Assembly: GCA_963764715.1 (NCBI GenBank) | Contig: CAVXTP010000015.1 | Coordinates: 64,001 to 128,000, forward strand | Reading direction: 5' to 3' | From: an uncultured Acidobacteriota bacterium | GTDB taxonomy: Bacteria > Acidobacteriota > Thermoanaerobaculia > UBA5066 > Gp7-AA6 | DNA length: 64,000 nt | Shown: positions 28,281 to 38,022 of the stretch, piece after piece | How positions within the stretch are numbered: the first letter of the stretch is position 1 | Layout: each line of letters starts with the position of its first letter | Position numbers and translations under genes: made by a program | The notes under the pieces: generated by a model | What the model saw: the letters and a program-made list of their open reading frames with translations, nothing else | Database searches by the model: none | What the model was told of the DNA's origin: nothing

Positions 28281-28564
28281 TACCAGAAGCGGCGGCCGGC
28301 GCGCACGCCGCGGCCGAGGCCGATCAGGAGCGACGCCGCCGAGGCGATGCGGCCGGCCTTGGCCGCGAGCGAGTTGCGGCCGAAGAGCTTCCACGCCGCC
28401 GTCGCAGCGGCCGCGAGACCCGAGGCCGCGAGGCCGGCGAACCGCCAGCGCTGCCGGAAGGCCGTGATCTCCGCTCGCGCCTCGGAGAGCGCGCCGGCGA
28501 GGTCCTCGCGCTCCCACGCGGCCCGGCGCGAAAGGGTGGCGAGACGGTCGTCGCGCTCGCTCAT
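28280..28564 (-). CDS. Small hypothetical protein (YqjK-like)
   Basis: Overlaps the upstream gene (ATGA); helical N-terminus followed by a hydrophobic segment. Confidence 0.55.
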   Translation of the reverse strand: MSERDDRLATLSRRAAWEREDLAGALSEARAEITAFRQRWRFAGLAASGLAAAATAAWKLFGRNSLAAKAGRIASAASLLIGLGRGVRAGRRFW

Positions 28565-29079
28565 TGCGGCTCACCCCGCAGGCGCGCCTCGAGGGCCTCG
28601 ACTTCCACTTCGTCGGGCTCGGCGCCTTGCGCCTCCGGCTCGTCCTCGGGCGCGGGCTCGGCCGTGAGCGACTCCCGGATCGCGTCCCAGTCGCGCCCGA
28701 GCTCGCGCTTCGTCACCGGGAAATCCTTCGGCTTCACCCCGGAGAGGGACTTCCACGCGGTCCACCCGGCGAGCGCCGCGCCCCCGGCGTAGATCAGCAT
28801 CGCTCCGAGGATCCCGAGCGGCACGCTCCCGAAGAGCTGCGCGAGGATCGCGGCGAGAAGCGCGGCGAGGAGCAGCAGCGCGCCGACGGCGAGCGCCGCC
28901 GCCACCGCCGCCGCTCCGAGCCCCTTTCCGAGGAGCGCGGCCTTGGCCGAGAACTCCTCCTCGAAGATCGCGAGCCGGGTCGCCAGCAGCGAGCGCGCCG
29001 AGCCCGCGACGCCGGCCGCCCGGTCGGCCCACGACCGCGCGCCTTCCTCCTCGGGAAGCTCTCCCCGCTCCGTGCTCAT
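28561..29079 (-). CDS. YqjE/DUF1469-like ('phage holin family') membrane protein
   Basis: TRLAIF.EE, two TMs, FP.T.REL..D pattern. Confidence 0.7.
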   Translation of the reverse strand: MSTERGELPEEEGARSWADRAAGVAGSARSLLATRLAIFEEEFSAKAALLGKGLGAAAVAAALAVGALLLLAALLAAILAQLFGSVPLGILGAMLIYAGGAALAGWTAWKSLSGVKPKDFPVTKRELGRDWDAIRESLTAEPAPEDEPEAQGAEPDEVEVEALEARLRGEPQ

Positions 29080-29097
29080 GGATTCACCAGTGTAGCG

Positions 29098-29880
29098 TCA
29101 GCCCGGCGGAATGACGAATCCGTCCCGCCGCGGGGCCCGCCCGGTCTGCAGCGGTGCAATCCGGATGCCTTCGGCGCGGAAACGCTCGTGGATCCGGCCC
29201 GCGATGCCGACGGCCCCGGGGGTGTCGCCGTGGATGCAGATGGTGTCCGCGCGCACCTCGACGCGCGAACCGTCGGCCGCGACGACGGAATGGTCGCGGG
29301 CGAGCCGCAGGGCCTGGTCCGCCGCCTCGTCGGGATCGGTGATCAGGGCCCGGGGCTCGGCGCGCGGCATGATCGAGCCGTCCGGAAGGTACCGCCGGTC
29401 GACGAAAGCCTCGGCCGCGACCGCCAGCTCCGCCTCGCGCCCCGCCTCGATCAGCATGGAGCCGGCCGCTCCGACGAGGACGAGGCTCGGACGGAACCGC
29501 CGCACGCCCTCGGCGATCGCGCGCGCGACGTCCGGGAATTCTCCGCCCGCGTGATAGAGCGCGCCGTGCGGCTTGACGTGCGTCAGCGTGCCGCCGCGCG
29601 AGCGAACGAACCCGTCGAGCGCCGCGACCTGGTAGAGCACGAGCGCCTCGACGGCCTCCGCCGGCATCTCGACCGCCAGACGCCCGAAATGCTCCCGGTC
29701 GGCGTAGCCCGGATGCGCCCCGACGCGGACGCCCCGCGAGAGCGCGAGGGTGACGGTCGAGTCCATGACGAGCGGGTCGCCCGCGTGGACGCCGCAGGCC
29801 ACGTTGGCCGAAGTGACGAAAGGCAGGAGGGCGGCATCGTCCATTCCCTCGCCCACGTCGGCGTTCAGGTCGATGCTCAC
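29098..29880 (-). CDS. pxpA: 5-oxoprolinase subunit A (LamB/YcsF family)
   Basis: DLNADVGE, ANVACG.HAGD, GAHPGY.D...FGR, HVKPHGALY, EAFVDR.Y, TICIHGD. Confidence 0.93.
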   Translation of the reverse strand: MSIDLNADVGEGMDDAALLPFVTSANVACGVHAGDPLVMDSTVTLALSRGVRVGAHPGYADREHFGRLAVEMPAEAVEALVLYQVAALDGFVRSRGGTLTHVKPHGALYHAGGEFPDVARAIAEGVRRFRPSLVLVGAAGSMLIEAGREAELAVAAEAFVDRRYLPDGSIMPRAEPRALITDPDEAADQALRLARDHSVVAADGSRVEVRADTICIHGDTPGAVGIAGRIHERFRAEGIRIAPLQTGRAPRRDGFVIPPG

Positions 29881-29887
29881 GGGACGC

Positions 29888-31435
29888 TCATCGTACTCCC
29901 GCGCGGGCCCGCGCGGACCGCGCTTCGTCCAGGGAGATCCGCTGGAAGCGCAGGACGTCTCCGGGCCGGACCTGGCCGAGTCGCGGCAGGTCCGCCGAAA
30001 TTACGGTCGCGATCCTCGGGTATCCGCCGGTCACCGGCCCGTCCGGGCCGAGCACGATCGGAGAGCCGCCGCCCGGCACCTGGACCGTGCCCGGCACCGT
30101 TCCGGAGGGCTCGATCTCGGGCGCCGAAGTGTGGTCCAGGGGCTTTCCCGACAAGCGCAGACCCCGCCGGTCGCTCTCGGGGGTCACGCTCCAGGGCGAG
30201 GCGAGAAATCGTTCGAATTCCGCCGAGGGCAGCCGCGCCGCCTCGGGCCCCGCGAGGACGCGAAGCCAGACCGTCTCCCCGGCGAGGTCGGGCTCCCGAA
30301 GCCGCGGCGCCGGTCCCGGCGGCCGGTCCGGCCCGGTCCGGGTCGCCAGCGCGTCGCCGGAGGAGAGCCGCCGCCCGGGGTCGCCCGCCACCCCCCCGCG
30401 GACGGCGAGATACGCGCGTGCCCCTCGCGTGAGGCGGCCGATGCGGACCCGGTCGCCGGCCGCCGCCCGGAACGTCTCGCGGCGGGGGACGGCTCTCCCC
30501 CGGCACTCGACCGGCCCCTCGCCTCCCGCCACGGCGAAGAGCGCGTCGCCGAGGATCTCGAGCTCCGGCCCGGCCAGCGTGATCTCGAGCGCCGGCGCGC
30601 CCGGTCGGTTGCCGACGAGGGCGTTGGCGAAATCGAGCGACGCCGTGTCCGTCGCGCCTCCGGGCGGCACTCCCGAGGAGCCGAGCCCGTACTTCGGCCC
30701 TCCCTGGATCGTGGTGGCGAGTCCCGGCGCGGCGACCCGGGCGAAGAGAATGCCGTCGGGCTCGCGCGAGGGAGGAGGCTCCGGTGCGGGCAGTTGCCCG
30801 GGGCCGACGCTCTCGAACTCCACGCGGTCTCCCGGGACGAGGAGCGATGGCGGGTCCGCCCGCGCGTCGAAGAGACGAACGGAAGTCCGGCCGATCAGCC
30901 GCCAGCCACCCGGCAGCGCCGCCGGATAGATGCCCGTCCACGGGCCGCCGATCGCGACGCTCCCGGCCGGAACGCGGGGCCGCGGCGTCGTGAGCCGCGG
31001 GGTCGCAAGCTCCGCCGGCAGGCCGGAGAGATACCCGAAGCCGGGAGCGAAACCGACGAAGGCGACGCGATAGCGGCCGGCTGCGTGCCGCCGCGCGAGC
31101 TCCGCGCCGGGGATCCCGCGCGCCGACGCGAGCTCCGCGAGGTCCTCGCCGTCGTAGACGACGGGAACGCGCAGCACCCTGGTTGTCGAGTCGGCCGCCG
31201 TCGCGCCGCCCGGCCGCTCGATCGACCGCGTCAGCACCTCGGCTGTCAGCCGATCGGGATCGAAGACGACGAGAAGCGACCTCGCGCCGGGAACCGCGTC
31301 GAGCAGGCCGTCCTCCCCCGCCTCGCGCAGCCGCCTCCCGAGCGCCACCGCCGCCCGGTTCGCCTCCTCGTCGGACGATCCGGGGTACTCGACCAGCATC
31401 ACCCCATCCCGCACGTCCCGAAAAACCGCCTGCAC
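29888..31435 (-). CDS. 5-oxoprolinase subunits B and C, fused (KipI-KipA-like)
   Basis: VPVVYDGEDL, GFAPGFGYL, PR..VPAGSVAI, PGGWRLIGRT, then TTIQ, LEITL, DRRGLRL, GTVQVP, TGGYPRI. Confidence 0.88.
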   Translation of the reverse strand: MQAVFRDVRDGVMLVEYPGSSDEEANRAAVALGRRLREAGEDGLLDAVPGARSLLVVFDPDRLTAEVLTRSIERPGGATAADSTTRVLRVPVVYDGEDLAELASARGIPGAELARRHAAGRYRVAFVGFAPGFGYLSGLPAELATPRLTTPRPRVPAGSVAIGGPWTGIYPAALPGGWRLIGRTSVRLFDARADPPSLLVPGDRVEFESVGPGQLPAPEPPPSREPDGILFARVAAPGLATTIQGGPKYGLGSSGVPPGGATDTASLDFANALVGNRPGAPALEITLAGPELEILGDALFAVAGGEGPVECRGRAVPRRETFRAAAGDRVRIGRLTRGARAYLAVRGGVAGDPGRRLSSGDALATRTGPDRPPGPAPRLREPDLAGETVWLRVLAGPEAARLPSAEFERFLASPWSVTPESDRRGLRLSGKPLDHTSAPEIEPSGTVPGTVQVPGGGSPIVLGPDGPVTGGYPRIATVISADLPRLGQVRPGDVLRFQRISLDEARSARARAGVR

Positions 31436-31436
31436 C

Positions 31437-31485
31437 CTGCCTCTGCCTCCTGCTTACTGCTTACGGCTTACGGCTTACGGCTTAC
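31437..31485. repeat. Heptamer tandem repeat (CTGCCTC/CTGCTTA/CGGCTTA)
   Basis: About 7 units overlapping the permease stop codon. Confidence 0.7.
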
Positions 31486-32835
31486 TTCTTCCCGCTCCCG
31501 CCCCCTCCAGAACAGATAAACCGGCACCCCCGATCCCACGAGCACGTACCCCGGCCACGTCGCGGCCGGATTGCCGGCCAGGAGCAGCGCGATCAACGCG
31601 AGCCCCGCGGCCGCGTAACCGATCTGCAACCACGGATACCCGGGCGCTCGGAACGGCCTCGGCCACTCGGGCCGCCGACGCCGGAGCACGACGACCGCGA
31701 GAACGAGCAGGACGTACAGCAGGAGGTCGGCCGAGATGACGTACTTCAGGAGCTGGCTATACGTGCCGGTCAGCACGAGAAGGCTCGCCCAGACTCCCTG
31801 GAGCCGGAGAGCGTTGCCCGGAACTCCGCCGGAGTTCAGGCGCGCGAGGGAGCGGAAGAAGAGGCCGTCGCGCGCCATCGCGAAGGAGACGCGGGCGCCG
31901 GAGAGGACGAGGCCGTTGACGCACCCGAACGTCGACACGAGAATCGCCGCGGCCATCGCCCCGCCGCCGAGCGGTCCGAAGAGACGCTGGGCGGCCGCCG
32001 TCCCGACACGGTCCGCCGGCGCGTTCTGGATGCCGGCGAGGCCGAGCGTCCGGAGATAGGCCGCGTTCGTCAGCACGTACAGGAGCGTCACGACGAGGCA
32101 CCCGGCGAGCAGCGCGAGCGGCAGCGTTCGTCCCGGGTCCCGGACCTCCTCGCCCGCGAAGGTCACGTTGTTCCAGGCCGACTGGGAAAAGAGGGGGCCG
32201 ACCATCGCGGCCGCCACCGCCACCGCGGCGGGCAACGTCGCCGACGCCGCGCCGACCGGTGCGTCCGCGGCACGGCCGAGGACGAGGCCGCCGATCGCCA
32301 GAGCCGCCAGCGCGGCGAGCTTGGCGGCCGTGAAGACGTTCTGCGTCGTCGTTCCCGCCCGCAGGCCCGTCGCGTTCGACGCCGTCAGCAGGGCGATCAC
32401 CGCGATGGCGCAGAGCCTCTGGGGCGAAAGGGACAGCGTCCCCGCGGCCACCCACGGCTCATCGGAAACGCCGGGGATCAGGACGCCGAGGAACTTCGAG
32501 AAGGCCACGGCGACCGCCGCGATCGTCCCTGTCTGGATGACGAGGAACATGGCCCAGCCGAAAAGAAAGCCGGCGAGCGGCCCGTACGCCTCCCGGAAGA
32601 AGGCGTACTGGCCGCCGGCGCGCGGCAGCATCGCGGCGAGCTCCGCGCAGGAGAGCGCCGCCGAAATCGTCAGCAGGCCGGCGAAGGCCCAGACGAGGAG
32701 CAGACCGGCCGAGCTGCCGAGAAGCCGTGCGCTCTCCGCCGAAACGATGAAGATGCCGGAGCCGATCATCGAGCCGACGACGAGCGCCGTCGCGTCGAGC
32801 CGGCCGATCCCGCGCCGGAGTCCGGTTCCGGTCAA
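31468..32835 (-). CDS. APC family amino acid permease
   Basis: LVVGSMIGSGIF, AELAAMLPRAGGQY, EEVRDPGRTLP, RPFRAPGYP. Confidence 0.92.
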   Translation of the reverse strand: MTGTGLRRGIGRLDATALVVGSMIGSGIFIVSAESARLLGSSAGLLLVWAFAGLLTISAALSCAELAAMLPRAGGQYAFFREAYGPLAGFLFGWAMFLVIQTGTIAAVAVAFSKFLGVLIPGVSDEPWVAAGTLSLSPQRLCAIAVIALLTASNATGLRAGTTTQNVFTAAKLAALAALAIGGLVLGRAADAPVGAASATLPAAVAVAAAMVGPLFSQSAWNNVTFAGEEVRDPGRTLPLALLAGCLVVTLLYVLTNAAYLRTLGLAGIQNAPADRVGTAAAQRLFGPLGGGAMAAAILVSTFGCVNGLVLSGARVSFAMARDGLFFRSLARLNSGGVPGNALRLQGVWASLLVLTGTYSQLLKYVISADLLLYVLLVLAVVVLRRRRPEWPRPFRAPGYPWLQIGYAAAGLALIALLLAGNPAATWPGYVLVGSGVPVYLFWRGREREEVSRKP

Positions 32836-32857
32836 CGCCGGCCGGGAAGGGCGCCGT

Positions 32858-33490
32858 TCACCGGCGCAGCCACCGACGGCGTCGCCGCCGGCGGCGCGCC
32901 AGGCCGCGGGCGACGAGGAAGGCCGTCGCGGCCGCCGCCGCGGCCCCGGCCAGCAGCACGGGTCCGGCCGGCACGGGTCCCGGCGGGGGCGGGACCTTCG
33001 CGCGCTCGACGGCCGTCGTCACGCGGCGCCGCGCGAGCTCGAGCGCCAGGCTCTCCTCGCCCATGCGCATCGCCCAGCGGTGATTGGCGGCGAGCAGCGG
33101 CCGGAGAAGCGGCGAGAGCAGGCGCAGCAACGGCTTCTCGGCCCGGACGGTCCAGTGGTAAGTGACGAGCGTCCAGGCGCCGGCTTCCGTGAAGATCCAC
33201 TCGCCGCGCCCGGCGAGGTCACCCGCCGCCTCGATCGAGAAACCATGGGGATGCCTCGACTCGACCACGCGAAGCTCCCAGTCGAGGGTGTACGGAAGCC
33301 AGCCCTTCGTGTGGAGGCGCGCCCGCCGGCCGACGCCGTCCTCGCCGCCCGGCTCGAGCTCCTCGACGTCGAGATAGACCGACGGCCACCAGCGCGCGAG
33401 CTCCCGGACGTCCGTCAGCACGTCGGCGACCTCGTCGACGGTCCCGAGCACTCTCCAGCGGCTGACGAAGCGATACCCGGGCGCAGCCAT
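32858..33490 (-). CDS. SRPBCC (polyketide cyclase-like) family protein
   Basis: YRF..RW, WWPSV, LPY.L, GDL.G.G.W, NHRWAM..GE. Confidence 0.8.
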   Translation of the reverse strand: MAAPGYRFVSRWRVLGTVDEVADVLTDVRELARWWPSVYLDVEELEPGGEDGVGRRARLHTKGWLPYTLDWELRVVESRHPHGFSIEAAGDLAGRGEWIFTEAGAWTLVTYHWTVRAEKPLLRLLSPLLRPLLAANHRWAMRMGEESLALELARRRVTTAVERAKVPPPPGPVPAGPVLLAGAAAAAATAFLVARGLARRRRRRRRWLRR

Positions 33491-33495
33491 CGCGA

Positions 33496-34089
33496 TCAGC
33501 GGCGCCGTTTCCTGCCGCCGGTCGACGCCGTGGAATCGGCCGACTTCAGCTCCCCGCGCAGAAGGCCCATCCGGATGACGTCGATGTACCCGCCGCGCCG
33601 GAAGTTCTCCTCGCGCAGGAGGCCTTCCTTCCGGAATCCCACGCGCTCGTAGGTTCGGATCGCGCGTGCGTTGCCGGCGTGCACGTCGAGCCGGATCTTG
33701 TGCAGGTTCATCTCGTCGAAGCCGAAGCGGCAGAGGACCCGCGTGGCTTCCTCGCCGAGCCCTTTGCCGTGGCAGTCCTTTTCCCCGATCAGGATGCCGA
33801 AGGTCGCGACGGCGTTGTCCCGGTCGATCGCTTCGAGCCCGCAGTTGCCGATGTGGCGGTCGCCCTCAAAGAGGCAGATGGCGAACGTCAGCCGCGAAGT
33901 GTCCTGGCCGCGGGTCGTGCGCTCGATCCAGTCGGCTTCCTGCGCGAGCGACATCGGATAGCGCTGCGCGAGCGTCGCGCGCAGCTCCTCGTCGTTGATC
34001 CAGTCGTGGGAGCGCTCGAGGTCGTCGCGCTCGATTGCCCGGAGATAAAGCCTGTCGCCTCGGATCACACGCAACCTCTTGACCCGCAA
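33496..34089 (-). CDS. RimJ/RimL-type GNAT acetyltransferase
   Basis: LYLRAIE..D, GKGLGEEA, LHKI.L.V...N.RAI..YERVGF..EG. Confidence 0.88.
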   Translation of the reverse strand: MRVKRLRVIRGDRLYLRAIERDDLERSHDWINDEELRATLAQRYPMSLAQEADWIERTTRGQDTSRLTFAICLFEGDRHIGNCGLEAIDRDNAVATFGILIGEKDCHGKGLGEEATRVLCRFGFDEMNLHKIRLDVHAGNARAIRTYERVGFRKEGLLREENFRRGGYIDVIRMGLLRGELKSADSTASTGGRKRRR

Positions 34090-34151
34090 AGATATCCGAT
34101 CCCGGCCCCGCTGCGGAGGCCGGAAACGGCGGAAGGCCGCCCCGCCCCCGC

Positions 34152-34177
34152 GGAACCTGCCGCCGGCCCGTGCGTAA
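34152..34177 (+). promoter_or_regulatory. Possible ECF sigma factor promoter for the efflux operon
   Basis: GGAAC-N16-CGTAA. Confidence 0.4.
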
Positions 34178-34248
34178 CTCCCTATCGAAGCCGCGATTTT
34201 CCGGCGCCGGCCCCGGTTCCCGGCGCTCTTCGATTCAGGGAGGACGGT

Positions 34249-35367
34249 ATGTCGAAGCTTTTCAAGACGCTGCTGCTTCTGGCCATCCTCGTGGCGGTCG
34301 CCGCGGGCCTGTATGCCCTGGCCCGGAACGGGAAGAGCAACGACGCCGACAAGAAGCTCGTGACGGTCGAAAAAGGCTCGATCACCGAGAAGGCCCTGGC
34401 CGTCGGCCAGATCCAGCCCCGACAGAAGTTCTCCATCAAGTCGAAGATCTCGGGGATCGTCAAGCGCTGCATGGTCAACGTCGGCGACAAGGTCAAGGCC
34501 GGCGATCCGCTCTTCGAGATCGCGCCCGACCCGACGCCGCAGGAGCTGACGGACGTGGACCGGCAGCTCGACTCCACGAAGGCCTCCTACGACCGCGCGA
34601 AGGCCGACTTCGAGCGGGCCCAGGAGCTCGTGAATCAGGGCGTGATTCCCAAGTCCGAGCTCGACGTCAAGCGCGAGGCCTTCGAGCTCGCCAAGGTGGC
34701 GGTCGCCCGCGCCGAGCAGGGCCGCGACCTGACCCGCAAGGGCCGGATCCAGACCGACACCGTCTCGATGGAATCGATCATCCGCGCGCCGGCGGCCGGA
34801 ACGATCCTGACGCGCGCCGTCAATCCCGGCGACCCGGTCGTGCCGCTGACCTCATACCAGCCGGGCACGGAGCTCGCCGCGATCGCCGACATGAGCGACC
34901 TCATCTTCAAGGGCACGGTCGACGAGATCGACGTCGGCAAGCTCAAGATGGCGCTGCCGGCGCGGATCAAGGTCGGGGCGCTGCCGACCGACGTGGTCAC
35001 CGGGAAGGTCGCGCGGATCGCGCCCCAGGCCCAGCAGAAGGACGGCGCAACGCTCTTCGACGTCGAGATCGAGCTCGACTCGACCGCGAACGTGACGCTG
35101 CGCGCGGGCTACTCGGCCAACGCGGACCTCATCATCCGCGAGCGCAAGGACGTCCTGACGATCCCCGAGCGCGTCGTGATCTTCGAGGACGGCGGCAAGA
35201 AGACGTTCGTCGAGGTCCCCGGCGCGACCGAGAAGGCGCCGCCCGTCAAGACGGCCGTCAAGCTCGGCGTCTCCGACGGGTTGAACGTCGAGGTCGCCGA
35301 GGGCCTGCCGAAGGGGGCGAAGGTCCTCGAGCGGCCGCCCAAGAAGCTGACGTCGGCGGTCGACTGA
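34249..35367 (+). CDS. MacA-like periplasmic adaptor subunit
   Basis: GGAGG RBS; N-terminal TM; SKISGIV...V..GD.VK.GD.L, IRAP..GTIL, VDEIDVG. Confidence 0.9.
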   Translation: MSKLFKTLLLLAILVAVAAGLYALARNGKSNDADKKLVTVEKGSITEKALAVGQIQPRQKFSIKSKISGIVKRCMVNVGDKVKAGDPLFEIAPDPTPQELTDVDRQLDSTKASYDRAKADFERAQELVNQGVIPKSELDVKREAFELAKVAVARAEQGRDLTRKGRIQTDTVSMESIIRAPAAGTILTRAVNPGDPVVPLTSYQPGTELAAIADMSDLIFKGTVDEIDVGKLKMALPARIKVGALPTDVVTGKVARIAPQAQQKDGATLFDVEIELDSTANVTLRAGYSANADLIIRERKDVLTIPERVVIFEDGGKKTFVEVPGATEKAPPVKTAVKLGVSDGLNVEVAEGLPKGAKVLERPPKKLTSAVD

Positions 35368-35403
35368 GGAGGCCAGCCATGCAGTTGACCGAGCTGCGGG
35401 GGC

Positions 35404-35494
35404 GTAGGGGCGGGGCTTGCCCCCGCCCTGCCGCAAAGGAGCTCCTGCCCGCGCCATCGCTTCCGGAGAGGGCGGCCACGAGGGCCGCCCCTAC
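35404..35494. repeat. GTAG-REP doublet within an operon
   Basis: gtaggggcggggcttgcccccgccc ... gggcggccacgagggccgcccctac. Confidence 0.9.
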
Positions 35495-35510
35495 GACGGG
35501 GGCCTGACCC

Positions 35511-36746
35511 GTGCTTTCCATCCGCGACGCGTTCCGCCAGATGTGGCGGGACATCCGGAGCCAGAAGCTCCGCACCTTCCTGACGGTCTTCGGGATCGTG
35601 TGGGGCACCGTCTCGGTCAGCCTGCTCCTGGCGTTCGGGAAGGGTCTCCAGCGCCAGATGATCCTGAACAGCTCCGGCCTCGGCGACGCGATCTGCATCG
35701 CCTGGCCCGGCCTGACCTCCACGCCCTTCGAGGGCCTCGGCAAGGGCCGCAAGATCCGGTTGAACGAGGACGACGTCGAAGCGATCCGCCGCGAGGCCCG
35801 CGGCGTCAACGCCATCTCGAGCGAGTACTCGAAGACGCTGAAGCTCAACTACGGCGCCAAGACGATCGCGATCGACATCTCCGGCGTCTCGCCCGAGTTC
35901 GGCGGGATGCGCAACCTCATCCCCCAGGTCGGCGGACGTTTCGTCAACCCGACCGACATGACCGAGCAGCGGCGGGTCCTCTTCATCGGCAACAAGATGG
36001 CCGACGACATCTTCGGCCAGGGCGTCGACGCGGTCGGCAAGACGGTCATGCTGGGCGGATCCCCCTTCCTGGTCGTCGGCGTCCTCCAGAGCAAGGTCCA
36101 GAACTCGAGCTACAGCGGCCGCGACAACCAGAAGGGCTTCATCCCCGGCACGACCTACCGCGCCATCACCGGCGAGAAGTGGGTCGACAACCTGATCTAC
36201 CAGCCGAAGGTGGCCGCCGAGGCCGAGCGGGTGACCGACGACGTGCGCCGCGTCATCGCCGGGCGCCAGCGGTTCGACCCCGACGACAAGGAAGCCTTCT
36301 CGGTCTGGGACACCACCGAGAACCTCAAGTTCTTCGCGACGTTCTTCCTGTCGTTCCGGCTCTTCCTCGGGATCATCGGCTCCTTCACTCTCATCGTCGG
36401 CGGCATCGGCGTCTCGAACATCATGAACGTCGTCGTCGAGGAGCGCACCCGGGAGATCGGGATCAAGATGGCGCTCGGCGCCCGCGACCGCTGGCTGATG
36501 CGGCAGCTCCTTCTCGAAACGCTTCTCATCACCGCGATGGGCGGCGCGCTCGGCTTTCTCATCTCCTTCACCGTCTGCGCCATCTTCCCGAAGTTCGGCG
36601 TCACCGAGTTCGTCGGCGATCCCGACCTGTCGCTCTCGGTCGCGGCGCTGACTGCGGTGATTCTGGGCGTGACGGGCCTTCTCGCGGGGTATTTCCCGGC
36701 GCGGGACGCCTCGCGGCTGGATCCCGTCGTGGCGATGAAGCTCTAG
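35511..36746 (+). CDS. MacB/FtsX-like ABC permease
   Basis: LRTFLT.FGI.WG, GGIGVSNIM...V.ERTREIGIKMALGA, PA..ASRLDPV. Confidence 0.92.
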   Translation: MLSIRDAFRQMWRDIRSQKLRTFLTVFGIVWGTVSVSLLLAFGKGLQRQMILNSSGLGDAICIAWPGLTSTPFEGLGKGRKIRLNEDDVEAIRREARGVNAISSEYSKTLKLNYGAKTIAIDISGVSPEFGGMRNLIPQVGGRFVNPTDMTEQRRVLFIGNKMADDIFGQGVDAVGKTVMLGGSPFLVVGVLQSKVQNSSYSGRDNQKGFIPGTTYRAITGEKWVDNLIYQPKVAAEAERVTDDVRRVIAGRQRFDPDDKEAFSVWDTTENLKFFATFFLSFRLFLGIIGSFTLIVGGIGVSNIMNVVVEERTREIGIKMALGARDRWLMRQLLLETLLITAMGGALGFLISFTVCAIFPKFGVTEFVGDPDLSLSVAALTAVILGVTGLLAGYFPARDASRLDPVVAMKL

Positions 36747-36754
36747 TGACCGCG

Positions 36755-38011
36755 ATGAAGAGAGACCTGTCCGTCATCCTCCACCTCTTCCTCGCCTCGG
36801 CGCGGCTGCAGAAGAAGCGCGCCACGCTGACGATCGCGTCGCTCGCCTGGGGCACGGTCACGATCCTGCTGCTCCTCGCCTTCGGCGAGGGCCTGAAGCG
36901 CCAGATGATGTCGAATGACCAGGCCATGGGGAACAACCTCGCCATCATGTGGCCCGGCGAGACCTCCAAGCCCTACAAGGGCCTGCCCGAGGGGCGGCCG
37001 ATCCGGCCGAAGCTCGAAGACATCGACTACGCGCGCGAGCGCCTGCCCGAGCTCGACGCGATCTGGGGCGAGCTGACCTCCTGGCGGACGGCGCTCTCCT
37101 ACGGGCGCAAGACCGTCAATGGCCGGGTCATCGGCACCCGCTTCGACTACGGCGACGCCCGCAAGCACTTCCCGAAGGCCCGGGGCCGTTTCATCAACCC
37201 GAGCGACGAAGAGGAGAAGCGGCGCGTCGTGTTCCTCGGCGACGAGATGGCGAAGGACGTCTTCGGCCCGGAGGATCCCCTCGGAAAGCAGCTCCTGATC
37301 AACAACTCCCCCTTCACGGTCATCGGCGTCATGCAGCGCAAGCGGCAGTCCTCGACGTACGGCGGGCCCGACGCGACGCACGCCGTCATCCCGCAGTCGA
37401 CCTTCAAGGCCGTCCTCGGCAACGATCGCATCAACGTCGTCGTCTTCCGGGTGAAGAAGGCCGACGACATGCCGGCCGCGCTCAAGCACTTCAACGAGGT
37501 CCTCGGCCCCCGCCTCGGCTTCGATCCCGAGGACCCTCGCGTGTGGGGCCTCTGGGACACCGTGAAGGGCCAGAAGATGCAGGAGAAGATCTTCATCGGC
37601 CTCGAGATCTTCTTCGGCGTCATCGGGGCGTTGACGCTGATCATCGGCGGCGTCGGGGTCGCCAACATCATGTACGCCGTCGTCAAGGAACGGACCCGGG
37701 AGATCGGCGTCAAGATGGCTCTCGGCGCCCGGCGCGGCTGGATCACCGGCCCCTTCATCCTCGAGGGGCTGGTCTACACCCTCGTCGGCGGCCTCTTCGG
37801 CGCCCTGATCGCGATCCTGCTCGTGACGGGCCTCTCGTTCCTGCCGATCGAGGGCAACGACGTCCTGGAGTTCATGGGCCGGCCCACGCTGTCCTGGCCC
37901 ATCGGCCTCGCCACGATCGCGATCCTCGGCACCTGCGGACTGCTCGCCGGATACTTCCCCGCCCGCCGCGCCGCGTCGGTCGACCCGGCGTCGACGCTTC
38001 GATACGAGTGA
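36755..38011 (+). CDS. MacB/FtsX-like ABC permease (second copy)
   Basis: GGVGVANIM...VKERTREIGVKMALGA, PARRAA.VDP...LRYE; alternative GTG start at 36746. Confidence 0.92.
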   Translation: MKRDLSVILHLFLASARLQKKRATLTIASLAWGTVTILLLLAFGEGLKRQMMSNDQAMGNNLAIMWPGETSKPYKGLPEGRPIRPKLEDIDYARERLPELDAIWGELTSWRTALSYGRKTVNGRVIGTRFDYGDARKHFPKARGRFINPSDEEEKRRVVFLGDEMAKDVFGPEDPLGKQLLINNSPFTVIGVMQRKRQSSTYGGPDATHAVIPQSTFKAVLGNDRINVVVFRVKKADDMPAALKHFNEVLGPRLGFDPEDPRVWGLWDTVKGQKMQEKIFIGLEIFFGVIGALTLIIGGVGVANIMYAVVKERTREIGVKMALGARRGWITGPFILEGLVYTLVGGLFGALIAILLVTGLSFLPIEGNDVLEFMGRPTLSWPIGLATIAILGTCGLLAGYFPARRAASVDPASTLRYE

Positions 38012-38022
38012 ACGGAGAACGC

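Noticed and set aside
28561-29079. Prophage, suggested by a 'phage holin family' gene
   Set aside because: It is a YqjE-like cellular membrane protein with no phage genes nearby.
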